From Octopus sinensis (Eukaryota): a stretch of DNA of 64,000 nucleotides. Of the stretch, positions 52,289 through 64,000 are shown piece by piece. The notes below the pieces were generated by a model. That model had not been told where the DNA came from, ran no database searches, and saw nothing but the letters and a program-made list of their open reading frames with translations. How positions within the stretch are numbered: the stretch's first letter is position 1; the number at the start of each line of letters is the position of its first letter. The stretch is taken from assembly GCF_006345805.1 (NCBI RefSeq), contig NC_042998.1, forward strand, positions 150,660,001-150,724,000, given 5' to 3'. A program made the translations under genes and the position numbers.

Positions 52289-52639
52289 CGGGGAATGATC
52301 TCCCTTTGCAGGATAGAGGACACCGTGATGGTGTCAGCCTATCTGGTGACGTTGATGATCGCCTGAGGCTAAATGCATCAGTAACACCCCCACCGCCCTG
52401 CCCTGTCCCTAGCCACATTCAAATGGCTAATGTCCCTTATGTGGTATATATATATATATATAAATAAACACAAACACAGATGCATATAGTCTTCAATGAT
52501 TAGATACGACCATACGACCATACTGGGGTAATATCAGTGAGGGTTTAACCGCTAAGAGAGACTCCATTACGTATTTCTGACTAGTGCTTCTTTTATTATT
52601 CTGAATCAAGACACAGTGTTTTAAAAAAGAAAAATGTCT

Positions 52640-53388
52640 ATAATTAAAATTTATTACATAATGTTCATTTCAAGAAATTACTGTACAGTGTTAGTATTTC
52701 GTGTGGCTTCCGTTAGCTTGAATAATTGCTTCGATGCGCCTGGGAAAAGATACGTACAAATTTTTCCCCATCTTTACAGGTATGAGATGCCATTCTCTAT
52801 GGCTAAGCACCCACAACACTTCAAGATTGCGTGGATTCTTCTGACGAACTCTTCTCTTTAGTTCTGTCCACATTTCCTCGTTGACATTTAAGTCAGGGCT
52901 CTGAGCTGGCCAATCTTTCAATACAGTAACACCTTCATCAGCCAGACCCTGTTGTGTTGCATGCAATCTGTTACATGAAGCTCTGTCATGATGAAAAAGC
53001 TCAACTTCATCCAAGTATGGTATCAAATTATTCTTCAGCAACTGCCTGTATTTGGCATTATTCAAGTCACCGTCAATTTTAACCAGCTTTCTTGAACCAT
53101 CACTTTTTACGTATCCCCGAAGCATCAAACTCTTACCTCCAAACTACACTTGTTTCCTCCTGTAACGTGGGTCGTTTCGCTTTCCTGGAGGCCTTGTCAC
53201 AAATTCTCGCATCTTCCCTTCTCATTGAGAACTCCAACTACATAATATAATGATTAGGTATGAAAATGACTCCAACAGCTAATGTTTCATTTGCAAAAAA
53301 ACGCAACGTGAAACATCCAGTTATAAGTTAACAATTAGTAGAATTTTACAATAGTTTAAAGTGACCGAAGACTTTTGCACAGTACTGT
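52640..53388 (-). mobile_element. Tc1-like transposon relic (catalytic C-terminal part)
   Basis: ORF 52691..53128 has FHHDRA, DWPAQSPDLN..EEMW and FPRRIEAIIQANGSHTKY; the end acttttgcacagtactg-TA is a Tc1 TIR. The other TIR was not found. Confidence 0.85.
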
Positions 53389-53534
53389 ATATATACATCT
53401 GTGTGTGTGTATGTATGTGTGTGTGCGTATGTGTGTGTGCGTGTGTGTGTATGTTTGTATGGTGGTGCTCCAAGATGACCACGGCCGCATGGCTGGAACG
53501 TGTAAAGGAGTAAAATTATATAGTATACTCAATA

Positions 53535-53740
53535 TAGTCTTTTATTCTTTTGCTTGATTGAGTCATTTGACTGTAACCATGCTGGAGCACCGCCTCTAGT
53601 CGAAGAAATCGACCCCAGGACTTTTTCTATCGGTATCTTTTGCCGAACCGTGAAGTTACGGGGACGTAAACACACCAACATCGGCTGTCAAGCAGTGGTG
53701 GTGGGGACAAACACAGACACACAAATACATATATATATAT
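53535..53740 (-). mobile_element. SINE family A, 3' half
   Basis: gtcatttgactgtaaccatgctggagcaccgcc...gccgaaccgtgaagttacggggacgtaaacacacc. Confidence 0.85.
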
Positions 53741-53884
53741 ACATACATATTTTCTATGTTTTTGTTTTTTATGTTCTTGTTTCTCATTCTGTCTACGTTT
53801 TTTTATATCCTGTACCCATATATTCATGTATATATATATATATATGTAGGTATATACAGCTATGTATGTATATATGCATATATG

Positions 53885-53987
<103 letters not shown>

Positions 53988-54879
53988 GATGGTGTTTATT
54001 ACTTGTCAACATTAATAGAAATCCTTTGGATGAATATGATTGGCCATTGAAGAAAATACTATGTTCATTCAAAAACGAATCAAAATCAAAATATATGTAA
54101 AACTGAATACCATCACGTTTCTATATACATGAAATTAGATATTATAATTATAGAAAAGGAAAAAAAGTACTTTTAGATATATTTTACGCCATATTTTTCT
54201 TGAACATTTAGTATTTTGATATACAAGTACGGTCAAATAAATTCTTGATTTCTATAAATTATCTTCGCCCCGTAAGGATATATCATAATTACTAAATGAC
54301 AGTTGAGACCAGTTACACTTGAGAAGGGGAAATAATCTCAAGAAACAAGAATACTCAAAAGTTGACTTGCCATTAATGAAAACGACATACTTATTGTAAG
54401 GAAATAAGGGGATCTGACAATTGTCTTTACATATCTCCAGGAGCCGGAACTGATTCTACGAACTATCTCTGTATGTATTACTTGAAAAATACTGGTCAAG
54501 TGTAATAAAATTTAATATATACTGTTTGCATGAAGTGTCATTGTTGGACCCAAGGCCTAATGAAGATCCCGCCACCGGAGCTAGCTTAAAAGCTGCGTTA
54601 TTGGGCGGCTTTCAAGCTAGTTCAGTTTTCATTCAAGATTCCTTGCCAATAGAGAAAGACATGGTTTCTAATCAAGATCATCTACGGCTCTTTCACTGGA
54701 ATTTCAACAGTAGCAACACGGTATTTTTTGCATTTATGTTTGTATATGTGCAGAATTTGGAGTTAGTGCATGTGCAGATTTGTATATTTTACTTTTTCTA
54801 TGTATTCTCATGCATATATTTGTATGTCTAGACATGATTATATATACTTAACTTACAAACTTCTGGAAAGTTTTACTGA

Positions 54880-55900
54880 TTTTTACAGTTTTACATTTTT
54901 ACTTGAATCTGTTACTTTCGAATCAGCTTTCTCCTTTCTGCTTTTGAGAAGCCTAATTTCTCAAGATTGGTACTTAGGCAGTATGTTACATATCTCAGTG
55001 CCTCAATAATCATAGGTATAAACCTGAACTTGTAATCTGGATAGCGTAACTGCATATTTCTCAATAGTTCAGTATAGGTATTTTTACTGATCTTCAGATA
55101 TATGTTATTATCCGCTGGGCAGCTAATTTCCACAACAGTACGCAGTTTCTCTTCTCTGTACCAAATTACTATGTCAGGCCTTTTGTGCTTACATTTTACT
55201 GAGGTTTTCACTGGGACATCCCATCAGTATTCCTTACTACGAGTGGCTAAGGCTTTTACAATACTACAGTTTCTTATTTTTTTGGCCTCAGGGTTATCCT
55301 TCCAACGGATTTCATTGCAGAGTGTCCTGGCCATAACTTCATGTCTCATCGGTAGAGAGTACCGCGATGACATTTTCGGACAGCTGCTTATGATGTGGGT
55401 GATATCTTCAGTGTTAACTCCACAAAGTCTGCGTCTGTTGTCACATTTCACGGCTTTTCCTGCATCTCTATCCCTTTTGTGTATCAGGTACTTGGTTCAT
55501 TTTCCTGTTTCAAACGCATACCCTTTAAAGTGGGAAATAGTAATCCGGCTATTGGTCCATGACAAACTGCTTTGATGATCGATGTTACTAGCATCACGGA
55601 GCTTTCTACTAACATATTCATGCATAGTCTTCTGCTCATATAGGCTCATCCTTTTAACTGATGATACGTTGCGGTAGAGTCGTGCGACTTTTTTTTTTGG
55701 CATGTATTCTAGGTTATCAGACAATGAGTGTTACTCAAGGAGCTGCCGTCCAAGTCTTATGATGTTATCAGCCTTATGTATGCAAACTTGGTCAAGGGAT
55801 GCACTTTGATGCTTGGTGGTAAAAAGATGTTGCTGAAGGGATATGATGCGACATTCAAAGGCATTTTGGAAACTGTGGGTGATTCAGATAATATGACATT
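54880..55900 (-). mobile_element. RLE-type non-LTR retrotransposon fragment (R4/Dong-like), degenerate
   Basis: CCHC-like RLCG...EDITHIISSCP..RH and RPDIVIW..VVEISCP.D (RLE) in ORFs 55224..55451 and 54912..55211. Confidence 0.8.
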
Positions 55901-56031
55901 ATTTTTAAATTCTGCAAGTAAAAACATATAAGATACGGGTATTCTTGGGACCAGTATTATTCTTATCGTAGTTTACAAATCCAAGTATGAAAATATTACT
56001 CACCTTTGAAGTTTTAGAGACATACGCCTTC

Positions 56032-56086
<55 letters not shown>

Positions 56087-57844
56087 ACACACACATACAC
56101 ACACATACACATACACACACACACGAATGTATAAATGTACATATAAACTTATATATGAATACATACATCAAAATGCACTTATATATTAATGGTGTACACA
56201 TATACATGACAGGTATACATAATGCTGAAATACGCATAAAGTAAACACATACAGACAAATATATTGATATAACAAATTAAAAAGAATAATAAAACCATAC
56301 AATCAATAAAGAGACAAAAGAACCTTAAAGTTGACACCGCTCCGCTAAACGCAGAAAATTTGTCTCACTTTTACCTAAAATTATACAGATTTTTTCTATT
56401 TTTAAACCTCTGTAACTTTTTTCTCCAATTTTTTCTCCACAACATCATACCTTCAAAGCAATGAGACTGGAAGGCTACATTATTATAGCCGATTTTCAAA
56501 TTTTTTACTGTCTTTTAAAAAATGCATATTTTGCGATGAAAAAACCTAAATCCCCCCATCTATTTCACACGTACTTGGTAATCTGAACAAGATATTGGGT
56601 TATTGAGAAGGGAAGAAGTGAGGTGGTTGGAGTGGGGGCTCTGGTTGCAATTTGTTAACAAATATGGACAATGTACAAAGACGTTATTTCATTTTAGAGC
56701 TATTGTGGCCTGTGTCCTCAGGTACATGTGAGCTTTGAAAGATTTCGATATTAGTCCTGACTGAGCCGATCTATAAGGCAAAACTTTCCAGTTGTGACCA
56801 ACCTGTCTTTTTCGCTCTCTAAAACGAACGACAGACTATGTTAAATATATCCTGGTTTAATACAATTAGGTTTGATTTAAATGTAATTTGACTGTTATGT
56901 TCAACAGGTCGAAGTCACAATGATTGGTGTGGTGGGAGAGGGTTCAGTAATTGTGGAAGTAGTAATGGTAGTGTGAAGGTAGCAAGATTGATCTAAGCAG
57001 TAGTTGTGGTGTTAGGTAGAGGAGTCGGTAGATGGCAGGGTGCGCAAGGTGTAAAGGTAGGTAGATGGTGAAGTAGGTAAGTAGATAGACCGAGTGTCGA
57101 GGATAGTGGTCCGATAGTAGATAAGTAGAGAGGTTGGCAAGTACGTGGTGGCGGGGGTAGGGACAGGAGAGGAGAAAAGACCAGGTGATAGATAGGTAGT
57201 CGGGTACATACGCTAGTATGCTTGGGTAGGTAAGGTAATTGGGTGGGATCCAGTGACAGTGGCGTGAGAGACGTAGTACAAGTAGAAGCGAGATAAGAGG
57301 GAGGAAGAGAACGACAAGGAGGAGGAAGAGAAGGAGAAGCAGGAGGAAAAGATGGGTGGAAGTATGGGCGGGTGGGTAGTTAGGTAATTAGAATTAGATG
57401 GGTTGATAGATAAGTGGGTATGTGGATAGGTAGGCGTGTCTAATCCCTCGTTAACCCTTTATTAATCTCCCTCGCCGTCCAGACGATCGACTCTCCAACC
57501 CTTTTGGGTCCTTCCCACCCCAAAATACTGCTTCAGCACCACTGCCACCACCACCAACGTCACCACGGCTTATAATTTCTTACTACAACCCCCGCCCTTC
57601 ACCCCAGATGTATTAACACCGTCGCCATCTCCACTGCAGCGAACTGTCTGTATCATTAGTAAACCTATCTCCACCACCACCACCACAACAACATCAACAA
57701 CGTCAATCACTTGCACCTATGGGAAAATATATAGGTGGTTGCCAAGCTTGCTAGAAATAGCAACCATATTTCCTTCGAATCCAACTTTATCAACTTAAAT
57801 AAAAGCAAAAAAGACTCTGAGATTAATGTATCTCCAGTCATTTG

Positions 57845-58090
57845 GTATCGTTTACTTGTCTCAGTCAGCAAGCTGCGGCCATGCTGAGGCAGCGCCTTAG
57901 AGACTTTTTAGCTGAATGGATCGAGCCCCGTACTTATTTTTTAAAGCCTGTTATTTATTCTATTGGACCCTTCGGCCGAACCGCTAATTTACGGGGATGT
58001 AACACTAGTTGTGAAGCGGAGGTGGGGGACATCCTCAGACACAAGGACACAAACATACACACACACACACACACACACGCACGCACATAT
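57845..58090 (-). mobile_element. SINE family A, 3' half, diverged
   Basis: ttacttgtctcagtc..ctgcggccatgctgaggcagcgcc...ggccgaaccgctaa. Confidence 0.75.
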
Positions 58091-58535
58091 ATATTACTAC
58101 TACTACTACTACTACTACTACTACATATCTACGACCACCACCCCTTTACTATTCCCATGATGATCACCACGGTAGCAGCCCGTATTTTGTAGTTTCCGTA
58201 AATGTTCCCCACTCACACCCAACCTCCCCTAACTCCACCACTCTCATTAAACCGTGTTAAATACGGACCTTGAACGGTATTAAAGCGCCCACCGCCACCA
58301 TCATTCAATACACCCGACTAACCCCTCAATCACCGCCACCCTGGTATGCTCCAGCCCGTCCTACCACCCACCACCTCCTGAAGCACACACCCCATCCCCG
58401 ACGTACCGCCACCATTGTCCATTACTAACGCCTCCACCGGTACTACCTCACACCTCTACCCCAGTTACCCACCTACTCACCGAGGACCCCATCTGCTGTA
58501 CTTTTAAGTTGTTACCACCACCACCACACTTCAAC

Positions 58536-58570
<35 letters not shown>

Positions 58571-58579
58571 CAGTATGAA

Positions 58580-58925
58580 GCTTAGCGGCATTTCGTCCGT
58601 CCTTACGTCTTGAGTTCAAATGCAGCCGAGGTCGTCTTTACCTTTCATTCTTTCGGAGTCGATAAAATAAGTACCAATTGAACATTGGTGTCAATGTTAT
58701 CGACTTACCCACTTCTCCGATCTTGCTGCCCGAGTGTCAAAATTTGAAGTCGATCTTTCTTCTAGCTTATTATGTTTTTTTTCTTTTTCAATCCACTGAA
58801 ATCGACTTTGGCTTTCATCCTTTATGGATCGAGAAAATAAAATGAATACCAGTTAAATACTGAGGTTGATGCAAATGACTTACCCTTTTCTCAAAATTGC
58901 TGGCCTTGTGCCCAGGCCTGAAAGA
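58580..58925 (+). mobile_element. SINE family B, two diverged partial copies
   Basis: gcttagcggcatttcgtc...gagttcaaat...gtcgataaaataagtacc; second copy atcgactttggctttcatcc. Confidence 0.65.
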
Positions 58926-59174
58926 TAACCATTAAGTCTTCACCACTGCTACCTATGCCCATTCTGTCGCCACAGCCCCCACCTCTTTTATACGACAACC
59001 AACACCATCAGCAGCAATGGTGTTGGGGATGGAGTGGAAATCAATGAGGAAACGTGTAGCTGGTTCCTTAAATCAGTGGTCAAATCTCCTTCAAATCATG
59101 CAAAGTGGGAATCTAAGAGATCATTTGATCTGCTCGAAATGAAACCAGTGAAGAGACCGCCATGTGGTCTCTTT

Positions 59175-59400
59175 TATCTCTTGTACTTGTTTCAGTCATT
59201 AGACTGCGGCCATGCTGAGGGCACCGCCTGCAAGAATCTTTTGTAGTCGAAGGAATCGACCGCAGTACTTACTTACTTTATTTAAGCTTGCTACTCTTTC
59301 TATCGCTCTCTTTGTCGAACCGATAAGTTACGAGGATGTAAACACAGACACAAAGACACAAGCATTCACACGCACTCATACACACACAAACAAACAATGC
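59175..59400 (-). mobile_element. SINE family A, 3' half
   Basis: tacttgtttcagtcattagactgcggccatgctgagggcaccgcc. Confidence 0.8.
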
Positions 59401-59636
59401 TTAAAACAGACATTTATTAGTTTAAAGAATTCAAGAATGAAAGTTTGCAATACTCTATCGAATTCCTATTGCTATGAAGACAAACAATTATAGAACAAGT
59501 AGTGGTTACACTTCTTGTGCGCATGCGCAGCATCTTTGGTTATGCGCAGCATCTTTTGTTACAATGGAAACAGTGTTTTTGCAACCAGCTATGGAACACG
59601 TGGTGTTTCTTTGCTTACTATGCTAACAGAACTTCA

Positions 59637-59793
59637 CAGTGATGTGTAAAATACTCGCTTCTGATTGGCTAAAATATCAAATTTTGTACAGTGGTGTGTA
59701 AAATACTCGCTTCTGATTGGCTAAAATATCAAATTTTGTACAGTGGTGTGTAAAATACTCGCTTCTGATCGGCTAAAATACCCAAATTTTGTA
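59637..59793. repeat. 52-bp tandem repeat x3 containing ATTGG
   Basis: Units start at 59637, 59689 and 59741: cagtggtgtgtaaaatactcgcttctgattggctaaaatatcaaattttgta. Confidence 0.95.
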
Positions 59794-59974
59794 AATTTTA
59801 AAGGTTAATAACTTTTTAATTATGAATCTATGGGGAAAATGAATTTCATTTTCATATTTAGTATACAAAACTTAATCCATATACCAAATTTGAAAACAAT
59901 TGGAACAAAATTGTAAACAATGGCGATAATCACAAAGATCCTTTCTTTAAGTTTCCATCTACCAAATCTACTCA

Positions 59975-60090
59975 CAAAGCATTATTTGGCCCGATGCAGT
60001 AGAAGACACTTTCCCAATGTGCCACATAGTGGGACTGAACCCTGAACCATATGGTTGGAAATTCTTTAACACATACCCACGCCTGCGCCT
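59975..60090 (-). mobile_element. SINE family A, 5' part
   Basis: agtagaagacactttcccaatgtgccac..gggactgaaccc...cacgcctgcgcct. Confidence 0.7.
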
Positions 60091-61570
60091 GGCCCTTCAA
60101 CTTACTTGAATTAACAACCAAATCTCTCTCAAATCGCGTCCAACTGTTCTGCAGAAAGAAGGACATAGTCAATAACGTGATCTCAGATTCTGTTTTTGAA
60201 GAAGGTGGGATGATCACGGCTCGAACATCTTTAATCATGTCTTCTCTATCAGGATTGAACTACAGCTAAACAACAACATTCATCACTACAGACAACTGAT
60301 GGAAATTCTTCACGTTTGATTGAACAGCCAAATAAAAAAGCGAAATCTCCCCCAATTTCCACCTAAGTTTCTTTAAACATTGGACATTATTTTTATAAAA
60401 GCCAGTAGTCGTGACTCTTCACGAGAGGGAGAGAGTGAGGAAGGAGGAAAGAGGAAGGAGGAGGAGGGATGGTGTAGGGAGCAGAGAAAGGAGGTATGGA
60501 GGAAGGAGGATGGGAAGGATGACAGTATCCTCAAACCGGAAACCTGGCTCCAGTGCTTGCAACAGAGTGGACCCTTCAGCTGAAAGCATCCAAGGTACCT
60601 GGTGGTGATGATGGTGGTGGTGTGGTGGTGGTGGTGGTGGTGGTGGTGGTGGTGGTGCTAAACCGGGCGACAGATTAACTCTTATCACCCTTTGTAATCC
60701 TGGATAAAACAAAATGACGTGATTGTCACGGTTAGAATGCCTTTCGTCATAAGAATGGCTGGACTTGTGGCTAAACTTCTACTACAACAACCACAACCAC
60801 TACAACCACTATTACTAATATTAGTATTACTACTACTGCTACTACTACTACTCCTACTACTACTGCTACTACTACTACTACTGCTACTCTAACCTCTGAC
60901 CTTTTCACAATGAACACCACTGCAGTCTCCCTCCCTCCACACAAACACACACTCACACCGCTACTCCTTCACACAAACGACATGCCGCCATCTTTCATTT
61001 ATTCACCTATTTATTTGTTTATTTCTCCTATTCATCCACCCCGATCCACCCTCTATTCCTTATTCCTCGTCTTTATTTCACTATTCAACCTGTTTTCCTC
61101 GTCTTTTTTTCGACCAAACCCCCACCAGCGCCCAGCCCGCCGCCATACTCCACACACATACACATATACAGTATCGCCACCTACATGACATGCTCAACAC
61201 ATTCATCTATTCATATTGGCCACCGAGACCTTTAGCCTTTATAAGCAGCTGCTACAACGGTGGTGACGGCGGCGGCGGTTGAGGCGGTTGTGGCGGTAGT
61301 GGTGCTGCAGCAACAATAGGAATAACAGCTGCTTCAAACACTTATCATAAACACCAATAGCAGCATTGGGTAAAGAAAAAATATATAAAAATATAAAAAC
61401 AGCAACAAACAACACAACGTCCGCCATTACAATTATCACCGTTAAAACTGAAAAAACTATTAAAACTAATTCCGTTACCGCCACCACATCATTACCATCG
61501 CCACCAACATCACCATTATCACCACCACCACCAAACCATACACAGAACCACCACCATCACAACTGGGTAG

Positions 61571-61980
61571 TACTCTTTTACTCTTTTACTTGTTTCAGTC
61601 ATTTCACTGCGGCCATGCTGGAGTACCGCCTTCAGTCGAGTAAATCGACCCCAGGACTTATTCTTTGTAAGCCCAGTACTTATTCTATCGGTCTCTTTTG
61701 CCGAACCGCTAAGTTACGGGGACGTAAACACACCAGCATCGGTTGTCAAGCGATGTTGTGGAGACAAACACAGACACACAAACACGCACACACACACACA
61801 TATATATGCATATAAATATATACGACGGGCTTCTTTCAGTTTCCGCCTACCAAATCCACTCACAAGGCTTTGGTCGGCCCGAAGCTATAGTAGAAGACAC
61901 TTGACCAAGGTGCCACGCAATGGGATTGAACCCGGAACCATGTGGTTGGTAAGCAAGCTACTTACCACACAGCAACACCT
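61571..61980 (-). mobile_element. SINE family A, full length, young
   Basis: Complete head, CORE-like segment, microsatellite and TAAAAGAG tail, as at 4186-4650. Confidence 0.9.
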
Positions 61981-62404
61981 GTAATCTCCCTTCAAGTCTC
62001 GAGTTCGAATTCTATCCAGGATGATAGAATGCGAGCTGAGGAGGGACCTCCTCGTGGTAACTCGGCCAACTAGAAATACCAGCCATATATCCCTTAAATA
62101 AGCGACGTAGAGCCTAAAAAAACAAAGGAGAGATTTGGTAATGTAGTCCTAGACGAACCATGCCTAAAGTACAGATATGATGGCTACAGTTGGAACACCT
62201 GTGATATTAGTTCCAAACAGCGACATTTATGGTGACACCTTTTTTTATAGAAGAATGAAGATTGACATAAAATTTAATGAGCCCTTGCTAATGATAATAC
62301 GTATGAAAAATACAAGGGAGGCAACTCTAAATTCGAAATTAAAACCTAAACAACAACATGCAATGAGGAGCGAGTTTGTTCTTTGATGTTATGGATGACG
62401 GGAA

Positions 62405-62610
62405 GGCAACGAGCTGGCAGAATCATTAGCACGCCGGGCAAAATGCTTAGCAGCATTTCGTCGAGCTTTACGTTCTGAGTTCCAATTCCGTTGTGGTCAA
62501 CTTTACCTTTCATCCCTCCGGGGTTGATAAAATAAGTACCAGTTAAGCACTGGGATCGATGTAATCGACTTACCAGCTTACTTGCTAGCCTTGTGTCAAA
62601 ATTTGAAATC
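62405..62610 (+). mobile_element. SINE family B
   Basis: gagctggcagaatcattagcacgccgggcaaaatgcttagc...ctgagttccaattcc...gataaaataagtaccag. Confidence 0.85.
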
Positions 62611-62999
62611 GGTATTATAGGTGCGGGGGGGGGACAACTGCAGGCATGTTTCTGTCTTAGTGAAATATCATCTTGCAGTAACCAGTTGCCAGGGCTGCCG
62701 TCTGCAAGAGGAACATATAAGTTAATTGAGGGCTCAAATATTTCTTGAAATGAGACCACAAAAAAGAATGTTTAAATTAAATTTCATCTGTAATTATCAG
62801 AGTTGTCACCCTTGTTTTCGTTGACAATAATTGTCGTTAGCGCTAATGATTTTTCAATTTATTATTCGTGAAATATTGGTTGGTTAAACATTGGCTAAGC
62901 GAAGAGGTAGTACGTTACATTGCACTTGACTGCATAAACGCCTAGCAGAAGGCATCTCTGGGAAATTTTGCCATGCCAATACCATTCCTATTATAGCAT

Positions 63000-63216
63000 A
63001 TAGTATTACAAATGTCTACTTTCCCGCCAAACACCACCCACCACCACCACAACAACACCATCCTTGTAATTATAACAACCCGTCTACACCATTTCGATGT
63101 TCCCTACCCTATTCTGTTTCAGCACAATCTACCCTTATAGTTTCGGTAGTTACAACAATTAATTGTATAGGGATTACTAAAATACCCCGCCCAATACCTT
63201 CGTCACCAACCTCACT

Positions 63217-63258
<42 letters not shown>

Positions 63259-63685
63259 TCCTTCATTATCAACACCATCATTATCATCACCTTCATTACC
63301 AACAATTCCTCACCTTCCCCCATACACACACTCCCGCCATCACGCCCACATCATACTCTCAACCCCTGTTAGAGTACTTTTCTTACCAACCAAGGCATAA
63401 CCCATCCCGTACCACCAGTTCCATCCCCACCCGCCACAACCACTGTAGCACAATAACACCATACCACCACCCTCACCACAGCGAACACAACCCATCACAC
63501 CACCACAATCACACTAACTGCACAACCACACCACTACCTCTACCATCACCACCACCACTACCACCACTACTCTACCCCAAACTGTTACTGCACCTGCGAC
63601 ACTAAAACAGCAAAACTCTGGGAAAATTTTTAGCACGACGACATGTTAGTCTGAGAGTTCTAGCTGTAGTGGTGGTCGTAGTTGC

Positions 63686-63747
<62 letters not shown>

Positions 63748-63900
63748 AGTAGTAGTAGTAGTGATAATGATTTCAGATGAGGAAGGACGGTGATGGAGGA
63801 GATGAATTCAGATGGTGACGGTGCAGGAGGGGGATTAATAACAAGCGTTAGTAGTATTGTATGGTGGGGTGTGAGTGTGGTGGAGTAGAAGTGGTGGTAT
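63000..63900. repeat. CAC/CAT-rich low complexity, then (TAG)n and GTG/GTA-rich tracts
   Basis: Direct reading. Confidence 0.8.
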
Positions 63901-64000
63901 TATTGTGCTGTTGTAGCCGCAGTAGTAGTCGTTGTTCGTTATGTTACAGCCTGGTCGACCGAGTGAGTCTTCGTCAGGTGAGACATACTTACAGCAAAGT

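Larger units (their letters stand above)
51517..52443 (+). mobile_element. Non-LTR retrozyme-like tandem array: ~2.6 units of 356-357 bp with three type I hammerhead motifs
   Basis: Units start at 51517, 51874 and 52230, with about five differences between units 1 and 2. Each contains CAUACG-UUGACGA-UAGG-CAAAUA-CCUU-GAAAC-(C/U)UG-GGUC-CGUAUG. Flanked by (TA)n on both sides. Confidence 0.8.

Noticed and set aside
51517-52443. CRISPR array or protein-coding repeat reading of the 357-bp units
   Set aside because: The units are near-identical along their whole length with no unique spacers, there are no cas genes, and the context is eukaryotic. The repeated short ORFs have no recognisable motifs.
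56940-58570. G-quadruplex or functional reading of the purine-rich and C-rich tracts
   Set aside because: Decayed simple repeats with mostly short G-runs; nothing separates them from background low complexity.
59637-59793. CRISPR-like repeat
   Set aside because: Head-to-tail 52-bp units without spacers.
63945-63990. Minus-strand CTGACGA-A-GAC...GTC hammerhead-like motif
   Set aside because: It is followed by GACC rather than GAAA, and stem I is out of register.

Overview
AT-rich eukaryotic (animal) DNA made almost entirely of microsatellites and transposable elements. The SINE families and microsatellite load look like an Octopus-type cephalopod genome (inferred, not verified). No intact host gene was found, and most listed ORFs are translations of simple repeats. 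Recognisable elements: a young Neptune-type Penelope-like element (PLE) in a head-to-head inverted arrangement (~5.2-7.2 kb); older PLE remnants; two Tc1 relics, one mariner relic and a Chapaev3-like DNA transposon; two restriction-like-endonuclease LINE fragments; a CR1-type LINE with two elements nested in it, one a GC-rich RTE; further RTE/CR1 fragments; and many tRNA-derived SINEs. The top finding is a tandem array of 356-357 bp units at 51517-52443, each carrying a type I hammerhead ribozyme motif. This is the architecture of a non-LTR retrozyme, which would release circular RNA monomers. Several more hammerhead-like motifs and long foldback palindromes point to a local PLE/ribozyme retroelement system. 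All alignments and folds were done by eye, and boundaries of decayed elements are approximate (tens of bp).
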